From: an uncultured delta proteobacterium
GTDB taxonomy: Bacteria; Desulfobacterota; Binatia; Binatales; Binataceae
Direction of reading: 5' to 3'
Assembly (NCBI GenBank): GCA_963794325.1
Contig: CAWCDG010000004.1
Span: 896,001-960,000 of the forward strand
Length of the DNA stretch: 64,000 nucleotides
A program made the translations under genes and the position numbers. Positions 40,600-49,699 of this stretch are shown in pieces (the stretch's first letter is position 1; each line of letters starts with the position of its first letter). The notes beneath the pieces are model-generated. The model was given only the letters and a program-made list of their open reading frames with translations, had not been told where the DNA came from and did not search any database.

Positions 40600-40959
40600 A
40601 TGGGCGAAATCGCGATCGTTCTCGCACTCGGACTTGCCGCCGGCATCCTCGGCGGGTTCATCGGCGTCGGCGGCGGCGTCCTGATTGTTCCGGTACTCGT
40701 GCTGGCGCTCGGCTTCGATCAGCATCTCGCGGTCGGCACGTCGCTCGGCGCCCTGCTGCCTCCGGTTGGAATCCTCGGCGCGTACGAGTACTACAAGCAC
40801 GGCCATCTCAATATCACGTATGCGCTGCTGCTGGGTTTGGGATTACTGATCGGCGCGTACATCGGCGCGGTGTATGCCGTCAAAATGCCCGCCTCGACCC
40901 TGCGCCGCATCTTCGGCGTGTTCCTGCTGCTGACCTCGATTCGGATGCTCTACCAATAG
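40600..40959 (+). CDS. TauE/SafE (TSUP) family half-size transporter
   Basis: GFIGVGGGVLIVP, QHLAVGTSL; 119 aa. Confidence 0.82.
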   Translation: MGEIAIVLALGLAAGILGGFIGVGGGVLIVPVLVLALGFDQHLAVGTSLGALLPPVGILGAYEYYKHGHLNITYALLLGLGLLIGAYIGAVYAVKMPASTLRRIFGVFLLLTSIRMLYQ

Positions 40960-41003
40960 ATGCGTGCCTTGCGATTAAGGATCGCCCTTACTAAGTTCGC
41001 GAT

Positions 41004-41430
41004 GTGGACGCGGCGCTCGAACAAGCACTCAACCTTTTGCTCGAATCCGAGCGCGCCGGAGTACTCGCCCTCGAAAAGCTTATCGCCGACGTCAAGCAGG
41101 ACGAGCTGAAGAAGTTCCTGTCCGGTTCGCGCGCAATGGAACAGCGCAACGCCGAGGAACTCGAGTCTCTGATTCGCGACAACGGCGGCAAGCCGTCCAG
41201 CGGCGTCGGGCCCTTCGCTCGCAAGGTCGCACGCGCTCGACTCGATTCGCGATCGCCTGAACCTGATGTCACGCGGCCAGGAATGGGCCGCGCGCAAGAC
41301 CGAAGTCGCGCTCGCACTCGCGCCCGCCGACGGCCCAATCCACGACTACCTGACCGCCATGGCAAATCGTCATCGCGCCGAAGTGGAGTGGGGCCGCGCC
41401 GAAGTAATCCGCCTCACGTCTGCGGGATAG
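41004..41430 (+). pseudogene. Ferritin-like DUF6306-type protein with +1 frameshift near 41232
   Basis: LNLLLESERAG...FARKVA continues as ALDSIRDRLNLMSRGQEWAARK...RHRAEVEW in the next frame. Confidence 0.65.
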
Positions 41431-42142
41431 CTAGTCGGGCCGTTTCGCAACAAAAATCTCGCGATCCCATTGGTCGGTCATCGTGCTCGGTTCGAATCCC
41501 GCCTCGCGCAACAAGCGCATCCAAACGTCGCGCGGAAACATGCCCTCGATGTGCCAATCGTGCACAACGCGAACATCGCCTTTGCGATCGCGCAGCAATA
41601 TCGCGAAGTCCGTTCGATACATCGTGTCGGTCGGATCAGGATCGACAGTCCACATGAGATAGCGAAGGCTGCGACCGTCGTTGCCGTCGTGTCCGCCGTG
41701 TGTGGTCTCCGCGACGAAGGTTTCCTGCACGCAATCCGGAACGAACAACGCGACTCCACCTGCGCGACAATGCCTATACGCGGTTCGCATCGTGGCCTGC
41801 AGGTCGGCCGCACTCGCCATGTACGCAGATCGCGTCGTGGATAAAAACGGCGTCGAACGTGCGCCCGAGATTCACCGTCCGCATGTCGCCTTCGCGATGC
41901 TCGCATTCGGGATTCAGCGCGCGGCTGACGGCGAGCATCTGCGGCGACAGATCGACCAGCGTCATCTCGAATTTCGATTTGAGATAAAGCGCATTGTTGC
42001 CGCCGCCCGATCCGAGCTCGAGCACCGTCCGCGGCGCGCACCCCTTTGTCAGCACCTCCGCAAAGAACGCCGCCTCCTCCGCATAGTCCTCAGGCGCCGA
42101 GAACAGCGGCCACCATTCGGCGAGTTCCTCGTATAACTTCAT
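41431..42142 (-). pseudogene. Class I SAM-dependent methyltransferase with +1 frameshift near 41824
   Basis: VLELGSGGG, VDLSPQML, GDMR, HDAIC then YMASAADL in the next frame. Confidence 0.8.
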
Positions 42143-42150
42143 CGCGCGCC

Positions 42151-42750
42151 TCACTTCGTGGGCGCGGGCACTTCCTTCATGCGCGCCGTCGTGTCCGCGT
42201 CATACTCCAGATGCAGCGCGCGCACGATCATTCCGTGCATCCTCCACAGCCCGATCACGTAGAACAACTCCATGATCTGTTCGTCGGACAGATGACTCTT
42301 GAGCGCGGCGAAGGTCTCGTCTTCGACCAGATTGCGCCCGACGATTTCATCCGTCGCCTGCATCACCGCGCGCTCGACGTCGGTAAACTTGCCGCTGGTC
42401 GACCAGCCTTTTATCGCGGCCAGCTTATCCTCGGAAACGCCGACCATCCGGGCAACCTTCAGATGCTGTGAGTACTCGAACCGTGAGTCGCCGACAATTC
42501 CGGTGCGAAGAATTGCCAGCTCGCGCAATTTCGCCGGCAACTTCCGTCCCGGCTGCATCAATGCCATCAGCGAGGCGCGCGCCTGAAAGAGCAAATCAGG
42601 CACCAGCGCAAACGTCGTCCAGTAATCGCCGGGCGTGCCGGTGGCAGTGCCCGGATCGGCAACCGGATCGCGATCGCCGAAAAATTGCTTGTAGAGCTCC
42701 CGGATTTCCGGCGAAGCTTCAGCCTTGCTCACCTGCCGCAGTCGTCCCAT
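42151..42750 (-). CDS. Carboxymuconolactone decarboxylase/AhpD-like protein
   Basis: LRELAILRT, FEYSQH..VARMVG, FTDVERAV. Confidence 0.82.
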   Translation of the reverse strand: MGRLRQVSKAEASPEIRELYKQFFGDRDPVADPGTATGTPGDYWTTFALVPDLLFQARASLMALMQPGRKLPAKLRELAILRTGIVGDSRFEYSQHLKVARMVGVSEDKLAAIKGWSTSGKFTDVERAVMQATDEIVGRNLVEDETFAALKSHLSDEQIMELFYVIGLWRMHGMIVRALHLEYDADTTARMKEVPAPTK

Positions 42751-42849
42751 GTTCTGCTCCTTGGTTGGCGTTTCGGACAAAACCAATATCGCCGATGTCC
42801 CGCGCTCTTGCGAGGCTGCGCGCACGGCGCGATAATCCGATGCTCCGGT

Positions 42850-42927
42850 GGACGCATAGCTCAGCCCGGTTAGAGCGCTTGCCTCACATGCAAGAGGTCC
42901 CTGGTTCGAGTCCAGGTGCGTCCACCA
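42850..42927 (+). tRNA. tRNA-Val (anticodon CAC)
   Basis: Acceptor GGACGCA/TGCGTCC, D arm, anticodon arm CTTGC-CTCACAT-GCAAG, GTTCGAGTC T loop, encoded CCA. Confidence 0.97.
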
Positions 42928-43055
42928 AATTAATTCCATCGGTTGGGGCGTTCCTTCCTGGAGGCTCGGCGCCGGTTGAAATTTCCCTGAAGTACTGTGA
43001 TCCTGCGAATCAGTTGTCGTCGCGTATTTTTGTATGAACGCCGCGAGGTGTCGAT

Positions 43056-43304
43056 ATGTTCGAAGACGAAACGATAGACATTGCCTGCCCGAAGTGCGGC
43101 TTCAAGAACTCATTGCTGGTGCGGGAAATCGAGCAGCACAGCGAATCTCATATCGTTTGCCAGGGATGCAAGGTCGGCGTGAAGGTCGAGGCCTCGGAGT
43201 TCCAGCATCGGCTGCACGAGATCGACGACGAGGTCGAAGCGATGCAGGCCGAAGCCCGGCAGGCGAAGGGCCCCAAGCCACGCAAAGGTGATTTTCAGAT
43301 CTGA
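43056..43304 (+). CDS. Small zinc-ribbon protein
   Basis: GAGGTG RBS, CPKC and CQGC. Confidence 0.7.
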   Translation: MFEDETIDIACPKCGFKNSLLVREIEQHSESHIVCQGCKVGVKVEASEFQHRLHEIDDEVEAMQAEARQAKGPKPRKGDFQI

Positions 43305-43381
43305 GTCTTTGAGATAAGTCGCGAAAAATCGGCGCCTTCAGCTTGTCGCCTGATTTCAAAACCTGAAAGGAGATTTGCGCG

Positions 43382-43675
43382 ATGAACAAAACCAGGATAG
43401 CAGGAGCGATGCTCGCGACCGCAGTCGCGTTGGCATTCACCGGCAGCGTGGCACTTGCCGAGGATGCGCCGGGCGCGTCCGCCGCGACGCAAATCAAGTG
43501 CGTCGGCGGGAACGCGTGCAAAGGGCAGAGCGCATGCAAGACTGCGACTTCCGGGAGCGATTGCAAGGGAAAAAATTCCTGCAAGGGTAAAGGCTACGTC
43601 ATCACCGCCGACGCCAAATCGTGCGAAGCCGCGGGTGGTCACGTGGGCAAGAAAGCCCCGATGCCCGGGATGTAG
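43382..43675 (+). CDS. Secreted Cys-rich peptide, BufA2-type bufferin precursor-like
   Basis: AAGGAG RBS, signal peptide, C.GGNACKGQSACKT...CKGKNSCKGKG...C (6 Cys). Confidence 0.75.
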   Translation: MNKTRIAGAMLATAVALAFTGSVALAEDAPGASAATQIKCVGGNACKGQSACKTATSGSDCKGKNSCKGKGYVITADAKSCEAAGGHVGKKAPMPGM

Positions 43676-43701
43676 CTCTTTACCACTTGCTCGCGAAGTT
43701 C

Positions 43702-43998
43702 TTGCGCACGAGTATCTACTCGACTGCGGCGATCCTTCTTACCTGGTCGCTTGTCGCGCTCGCGGCCGCCGACTTCGACGGCGTGATGATGCACAACGGA
43801 AAAATGGTGATGATGAAAGCGGGGCATGCCACCGGTGCTATGGATCACGAGACTACGCTGTCGGACGGCGCGATTGTCGAGCTCGACGGTACGGTGAAAT
43901 CAAAGGACGGCGGAACATTTCGCTTGCGAGACGGTGAAATTCTTATGATGGACGGGCATCTAATGAAAGGTGGCAAGGCTGTCCCGATGTGCCATTAG
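43702..43998 (+). CDS. Secreted Met/His-rich protein (DUF6799-like)
   Basis: Signal peptide then DGVMMHNGKMVMM...LSDG..V..DGTV...DG...L.DGE..MMDG; TTG start uncertain. Confidence 0.65.
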   Translation: MRTSIYSTAAILLTWSLVALAAADFDGVMMHNGKMVMMKAGHATGAMDHETTLSDGAIVELDGTVKSKDGGTFRLRDGEILMMDGHLMKGGKAVPMCH

Positions 43999-44034
43999 GG
44001 AACTTCGACGCTCGCGGAACGGTTAAACACTAGG

Positions 44035-44784
44035 ATGGACGCGCGTCCGGAAAAGGTTCGAAAAGCCCCGAGAGTCACCACGCCGCTTCGAGTCTCGCCT
44101 CCATGGAGCGAATCTGCGGATTCACCGCGCGCGCTTCGACATAAGGCACGACGCGCGCAACCCGCCGCGATCCGGCTGGCGCATTGGATCAACATTCCGC
44201 TGATCCTCATTATGGCCGGCAGCGGGCTGCAGATTCTCTCCGCCTATCCAGCGCTCGGCCCGCGCGGCGCGCAATATAGCTGGTATCCATTCCAGAACGA
44301 CGCGCCACCATCGTGGTTGCGCTTCGGCGGATGGCTCGCGGGCGCGCGTCACTGGCATTTCGCGATCGCCTGGTTTCTGATTTTCAACGGCGTGATCTAC
44401 CTCGTCTATATGATCGCGAGCGGTGAATGGCGCCGGCGCGTTTTCATTCCGACTCGCGATACTTCCAACGCGCTCGCGATGTTCGCCTACTACGTGCGCA
44501 TTCGCAAAACTCCGCCGCCCGAGGATTTCTACAACGGCCTGCAACGCATGGCGTACACGTCCGCGATTCTGTTCGGCGTCGTCGTGGTCCTGTCGGGACT
44601 CGCGATTTACAAGCCGGTCCAGTTGTACTGGATCACCGCGATGTTCGGTGGCTACGACGTCGCGCGCGTCGTGCATCTGAGCTGCCTCGTCCTGCTGGCG
44701 GTGTTCACGGTGATGCACCTCGTACTCGTCGCGCTCCATCCGCGCACGATCGTCACGATGGTGACCGGAGGGCAGCGTGGCTAG
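44035..44784 (+). CDS. Cytochrome b/b6-domain membrane protein
   Basis: RLAHWIN, RHWHF, YNGLQR, VHL, MHL heme histidines; start uncertain. Confidence 0.82.
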   Translation: MDARPEKVRKAPRVTTPLRVSPPWSESADSPRALRHKARRAQPAAIRLAHWINIPLILIMAGSGLQILSAYPALGPRGAQYSWYPFQNDAPPSWLRFGGWLAGARHWHFAIAWFLIFNGVIYLVYMIASGEWRRRVFIPTRDTSNALAMFAYYVRIRKTPPPEDFYNGLQRMAYTSAILFGVVVVLSGLAIYKPVQLYWITAMFGGYDVARVVHLSCLVLLAVFTVMHLVLVALHPRTIVTMVTGGQRG

Positions 44785-45469
44785 TTTGATCACGCGCCGA
44801 AAACTTCTGCTCGGGCTGGCGGCGAGCACTGCGCTTGCCGGATGCGACAGCCGTGCCGCGTCGAAGTTCCTCGCGGGCATGGGACGCTGGAACGAGCGCG
44901 TCGATCGTCTGCTATTCTCGGAGAAGCGACTCGCGCCCGAACCGCCCGCGTCCGAGCTCACGCCCGAGTCCGCGTTTCCGAGCTACTTCATCTCCGACTC
45001 GATGCCGTTTGCGCCGGACAATTGGTCGCTCAAGGTCGGCGGCATTGTCGCGCGGCCGTCGGTCTACTCGCTCGATCAGCTGAAGCGGATGCCGCAAACG
45101 GGAATGCGCGTTCGCCATCATTGCGTCGAGGGCTGGTCGGCGGTCGCCGAATGGCACGGCGTGCAATTGCGCGAGATCGCCAGGATGGTCGGCGCGAGCC
45201 GTGACGCGCAGTACGTCGAGTTCCGTTCATTCGACAAGGGCTACTACTCGACGTGGGATATCGAAAGCTCGCTTCATCCGCAGACGATTCTCGCGTATGG
45301 CATGAACGGACGCCCGCTGTATCCCGATCACGGCGCACCGCTTCGCCTCTACTCGCCGGTCAAGCTCGGCTATAAGTGCGTGAAGTACCTGACCGAGGTG
45401 AATTTCCTGCCGACGCGCGCCGGCGGTTACTGGGAAGACCAGGGCTACGACTGGTACGGCGGCGTTTAG
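44777..45469 (+). CDS. Molybdopterin oxidoreductase, sulfite oxidase/MsrP(YedY)-like family, Tat lipoprotein
   Basis: TRRKLL...LAGC, HHCVEGWS Mo-Cys, HGAPLRL, KLGYKCVKYL, GYWEDQGY. Confidence 0.85.
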   Translation: MASLITRRKLLLGLAASTALAGCDSRAASKFLAGMGRWNERVDRLLFSEKRLAPEPPASELTPESAFPSYFISDSMPFAPDNWSLKVGGIVARPSVYSLDQLKRMPQTGMRVRHHCVEGWSAVAEWHGVQLREIARMVGASRDAQYVEFRSFDKGYYSTWDIESSLHPQTILAYGMNGRPLYPDHGAPLRLYSPVKLGYKCVKYLTEVNFLPTRAGGYWEDQGYDWYGGV

Positions 45470-45502
45470 TATGACGTACGCGGAATTTTAAGGGAGAACG
45501 CG

Positions 45503-46270
45503 ATGCTGGAATATCGCAGCTTTGAAGAAATAATCGACCATCCGGGTTTGCGCATCGTGTTAGTCAAAGGCGTGCCCAGCCCGTGGGGCCAAGCCGCCAA
45601 GGCTATTTTTGAAATCAAGGGTCTCGAGTATGTCGCCGCACCATGGCTCGGGGGCGAACCCAACGAGCACATCGTGGCTTGGAGTGGTGCGACCAGCGCA
45701 CCGATCGTCGCCTGGGCCAAGGAAAAACCCGTCGATCGGTGGATCGACATCCTCTACCTGGCCGAACGGCTCGCGCCCAAGCCTAAGCTGATTCCCGCGG
45801 ACGCCACACAGCGAGCGCTGATGGTCGGTCTGTCGCACGAAATTTGCGGAGAAATGGGCATCGGCTGGAACCGGCGCCTACAGCTCTTTGCGCCCGCTTT
45901 CGCAGCCGGGAATCCACCCGCCGGAATCAGCCGGATGGGCGACAAATATGGATACAACGAAACTGACCTCAAAGCCGCCGGTGAACGCGTCGCGGCTTCT
46001 CTCAAGGCGCTCTCAACCCAACTCAAATCGCAGTATGCGCGGGGAGTGAAGTATTTTGTCGGCGACGCCTTGAGCGCACTCGACATTTACTGGACGGCTT
46101 TCGCTAATCTGCTCGACCCCTTGCCGCAAGAGCAGAACCCGATGTCCGAAGGTCTGCGACGAGGCTTCACGGCGAGCGATCCTGTTGTCAGGGCAGCGCT
46201 GGACCCGCTGCTGTTGGAACATCGCTCACGTATCTTTCGTGATCACTTTCGCGATCCAATGGAGCTGTAG
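45503..46270 (+). CDS. Glutathione S-transferase-like protein
   Basis: PSPW, SAP, ILYLAE, YFVGDALSALDIY C-terminal GST motif. Confidence 0.65.
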   Translation: MLEYRSFEEIIDHPGLRIVLVKGVPSPWGQAAKAIFEIKGLEYVAAPWLGGEPNEHIVAWSGATSAPIVAWAKEKPVDRWIDILYLAERLAPKPKLIPADATQRALMVGLSHEICGEMGIGWNRRLQLFAPAFAAGNPPAGISRMGDKYGYNETDLKAAGERVAASLKALSTQLKSQYARGVKYFVGDALSALDIYWTAFANLLDPLPQEQNPMSEGLRRGFTASDPVVRAALDPLLLEHRSRIFRDHFRDPMEL

Positions 46271-46283
46271 CGTTGGGCGGCGT

Positions 46284-47510
46284 TTAGTCGATCGCGAGGC
46301 TCGCGAACGACACCGCCGACTCGCTCTGCGGTTCCATCGCGATTCCATACTTGAGCAAGCGCGCACTGTGGCCGCGCAACAACTCGAGCTGCGTGTACAT
46401 CGGCGACAGGCCGCAGATTCGCCGCGCATCGCGATCCTTGAGGATGTCGGCGAAGAAGCCGTCAGGGTCGCCGCGCTTGATATTTTCGATCAGGCCGAGG
46501 TCCTCGCGTTGAACGCGATCGGCCACCGTTTTATCAGCCGCGAAATTGTCGCCGAATTTCTTGCCGACGTGCGCGAAATCCACGCCCGCCAGAATCAGCA
46601 CGCGACGATTCTCCGCGTCCAGCTCGGCTCTCAGTGCGGTGATGAACGATCCGACGCGCGAATCACGACCCGGTGTGACGCCGCTTGAGACCAACTCATG
46701 GAATGAGCTGACGAGGATCGGCACCACCTGGTAGCCGCGTATCCCGAGCGCATAAGCGAGAAACAAAGCCTGGAATTCAATCGAATGCTCGCCGCGATGC
46801 AGCATCTCGTCGGCGAACAAATCGCCCTCGTAGCGTGCCACGAGCCGATCGATAAACGCCGCGTCGGTCTCGATCGCGCCAAACGGCGTCGCGTAGTTCT
46901 TGCGCGTCGCGCTGAAAAGTTCGGGACCGGTGCCGTAGTGCGAGGTTCCAAGAATCACCACCAGCTCGGGCAGTTCGTGCGACATCAGCTCGTGGTACGC
47001 ATGCGCATAGGCGGCGGCGCCCCTGCGCGGATCTATATGAGGAGCAATCAAGCCCGCGAGCGATGCCGACTTTTTCTTCGTCGGAACACGGCCAGGTCCT
47101 TCGGGGGGATCGAAGAATGCCGCCAGCTCGAGGCGCAGTTTCGCCGGATCTTTCTCGTAGCAAAGACCCGCCAACGCCGCCGGACGATCGGGACTGGCGA
47201 GAAATTCCTCGCGCACCCGCCGCTCGCGCTCGTGAAATGCGGGCGAGTCGAGAAAGTACGCACGATCGAGCGCCGCGATCAGCTCGTCGAGCTTCTCCAA
47301 AGGAATCATCTCGCCGAAGCGCTTCGAAAACGCGAGCTGAATGTCTTTCAGCGACATCCGGCCGTCGAACAAAGTGACGATGAAGTACGCGCCCATCCCG
47401 AGCATGATAGCCTCGGGCGCGAGCCCGCTCGGATCGCGCAAGCAGATCAGCGTCTGATCGTTTTGCTCGACGGGAAAAGCCTCGACGGCGCGAATCTTTG
47501 GATTTTCCAT
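46284..47510 (-). CDS. amrB: Memo-like AmmeMemoRadiSam system protein B with N-terminal extension
   Basis: IAPHID, LGTSH, EHSIEFQ, DFAHVG, ICG motifs. Confidence 0.85.
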   Translation of the reverse strand: MENPKIRAVEAFPVEQNDQTLICLRDPSGLAPEAIMLGMGAYFIVTLFDGRMSLKDIQLAFSKRFGEMIPLEKLDELIAALDRAYFLDSPAFHERERRVREEFLASPDRPAALAGLCYEKDPAKLRLELAAFFDPPEGPGRVPTKKKSASLAGLIAPHIDPRRGAAAYAHAYHELMSHELPELVVILGTSHYGTGPELFSATRKNYATPFGAIETDAAFIDRLVARYEGDLFADEMLHRGEHSIEFQALFLAYALGIRGYQVVPILVSSFHELVSSGVTPGRDSRVGSFITALRAELDAENRRVLILAGVDFAHVGKKFGDNFAADKTVADRVQREDLGLIENIKRGDPDGFFADILKDRDARRICGLSPMYTQLELLRGHSARLLKYGIAMEPQSESAVSFASLAID

Positions 47511-47589
47511 CGCGTTTACAGATGCTATGGGCTTTGACAAAATCCGGCAAGCGAACGAAATTCCGCGCGCGAAAATCCGCCAATAAAGA

Positions 47590-48021
47590 ATGTCCGACCA
47601 ACATCGACGCCGCGCTGCACTGACCGGATCGCGTTCGAGGCGCAAGGACGCGAGCGAGCGCGCCCGCTACAAAGTCGCGCGTACCGATTCGCTCAAACCG
47701 GGCGAGTCGCTGAAGTTCATGCTGCCGATTCGCGGTGCCAACGAGGAATGTTTTCTGATCAACTTCGGCGGCGAGTTCCATGCCTACGTAAATCGATGCC
47801 GGCATGTGCCGATGGCGATGGACTGGGTCGACAATCAATTTTTCGCGGAAGACGGCCAATACCTGATGTGCCAGACGCACAACGCATACTACGAGCCGGC
47901 GAGCGGCGAATGTATCGCGGGACCGCCGACTGCATGCGGAAAATATCTTTATCGAGTGCTGACCGAGGTCGCGGACGGAGTCATCTACGCGCGTCCGCCG
48001 CAGGAAGAATTCGAAGACTGA
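47590..48021 (+). CDS. Rieske 2Fe-2S ferredoxin
   Basis: CRH...CQTH ligands, GECIAGP. Confidence 0.88.
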   Translation: MSDQHRRRAALTGSRSRRKDASERARYKVARTDSLKPGESLKFMLPIRGANEECFLINFGGEFHAYVNRCRHVPMAMDWVDNQFFAEDGQYLMCQTHNAYYEPASGECIAGPPTACGKYLYRVLTEVADGVIYARPPQEEFED

Positions 48022-48037
48022 GAGTGAGGACTACGGC

Positions 48038-48289
48038 CTATTCGTATTCGTCGCCGAAGTGGGCGCGCACGATTCGCGCTTTGAGGTACTCGAGCGTGCC
48101 GAGGTCCTCGACGATGTCGCCGCCGGTGTCGTAGAAGAACAGCTCGCCGTTCTTCGTGCGCCCGACCGCGATGATCCATTCGAGGTCGTCCCGGTCCTCA
48201 AGCAAATAATTAATCGTCTGCGCGACCCCGCGGCCCGGGATAATCGTAATCTTCGGCCTCGGGAGCTTTTCCTTTTCCTGCTTGGGCAT
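48038..48289 (-). CDS. Small hypothetical protein
   Basis: 83-aa ORF with host-like codon usage. Confidence 0.6.
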   Translation of the reverse strand: MPKQEKEKLPRPKITIIPGRGVAQTINYLLEDRDDLEWIIAVGRTKNGELFFYDTGGDIVEDLGTLEYLKARIVRAHFGDEYE

Positions 48290-48360
48290 CTTTTTGATCA
48301 ACCCTCTGGCGGGAGGATGCGGGAATCGACCACTCAATTACTCTAAGAATGCCCAGCGAT

Positions 48361-49611
48361 CTAAGTCAATAGCGCGTGCACCGCGATCTCCACATGATGC
48401 GTATTGGGGAAAAAATCGAACCCGCGCACGCGATTGATTTTGTATCCCGCGCCAGCTAGCAGGCGGAGATCGCGCGCGAGCGTGGTCACGTCGCACGATA
48501 CGTAAATGACGCTCGGCGCCCGCAGTTTGATGATCGGCTCCATCAGATCGAGCGCACCGGTGCGCGGCGGATCGAGGATGATGACCTCGGGACGATAGCG
48601 CGCGCGATGCAGAAAGTCCGCGGTCGCCGACGCCTTCATTGCGATGAATTGCGCGTCGCGGAACTTCAAGCGCGCCGCATTGCGCGAGGCCGCCGCGATC
48701 GCGCCCGCGTCGTCATCGACACCCGTCACGCGCGCACCGCGTCGCGATGCGGGCAGACTGAAGTTCCCCGCACCGCAAAACAAATCGAGCACCGCCGACG
48801 ATTCATGAATTGCCGCCATCTCCATCACGCTCGCGATCAGTTTCTCGTTCTGCGCGCGATTCACCTGGCTGAACAGATCGGCGTCGACGTCGATCGAAAG
48901 TCCGGGTTCCAGCTCGATCGAAATTGCAGGATCGCCAACCGTCTCGCGATGCGTTCCCGCTCGCAGCACGATTCCCGCGATCTCGTTGTCTGCTTCGAGC
49001 ACGTGGCGCGCGCGACGGATCTCCTCTTCGCTCGCCGGCTTTTTCAGATGTGCGACCTGCACTTCGCGCGCGCCGTCGCGCACCACCTCGATCTCTTCGA
49101 CGCGCTTGCCGAGCGATCGGGCCAGGTGCAACGGCATCCGGATGCCCGCCTCGGCGACCATGCATGAATCGATCTCGACGATCGTGTTGCTGCCCGCCTC
49201 GTAAAATCCAAGCACGCCTTTCGCGCCGACCCTGAGCCGGATTCTCGCTCGATAACCGAACTCGGCCGGCGCCGGCTCGACGAGTCCAACTGGATCGATC
49301 TCGACGCCGAGCGCATGGCTCAACTCGCGCGCGATGACCTCGCCCTTGAAACGCACCTGCGCGCCATAGTCGATATGCTGCCAGTCGCATCCGCCGCATC
49401 GCGGCAGATACTGACACGGCGCGACGCGACGCTCGGCGCTTGCGCTGACGATCTCGCGAATCTTCGCGACGGCATAATCGCGACGCTCCGAAACTATCTC
49501 GACCACCAGCCTGTCACCCGCCACCGCGCCGGGAACCATCACGGCCTTGCCATCCTGACGGCCGACCCCGAACGGGCCGAAGGTCATCGCGCTGATCTCA
49601 ATTTCCGGCAT
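48361..49611 (-). CDS. rlmD: 23S rRNA m5U methyltransferase, RlmD/TrmA family
   Basis: TRAM domain, C-x5-CGGC, DLFCGAGNF, LDPPR, YVSC, FPNTHHVE. Confidence 0.85.
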   Translation of the reverse strand: MPEIEISAMTFGPFGVGRQDGKAVMVPGAVAGDRLVVEIVSERRDYAVAKIREIVSASAERRVAPCQYLPRCGGCDWQHIDYGAQVRFKGEVIARELSHALGVEIDPVGLVEPAPAEFGYRARIRLRVGAKGVLGFYEAGSNTIVEIDSCMVAEAGIRMPLHLARSLGKRVEEIEVVRDGAREVQVAHLKKPASEEEIRRARHVLEADNEIAGIVLRAGTHRETVGDPAISIELEPGLSIDVDADLFSQVNRAQNEKLIASVMEMAAIHESSAVLDLFCGAGNFSLPASRRGARVTGVDDDAGAIAAASRNAARLKFRDAQFIAMKASATADFLHRARYRPEVIILDPPRTGALDLMEPIIKLRAPSVIYVSCDVTTLARDLRLLAGAGYKINRVRGFDFFPNTHHVEIAVHALLT

Positions 49612-49699
49612 GCGCGCCCAAGTTTATTCCCCCTACGCAAGAAGCGCGACGCGCCCTATAATTGTTGGGCGCGCCCGCGCCATTCCACGACCTCACCCG

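Noticed and set aside
42928-46270. Integrative island at tRNA-Val
   Set aside because: No integrase and no duplicated tRNA 3' end seen in the window
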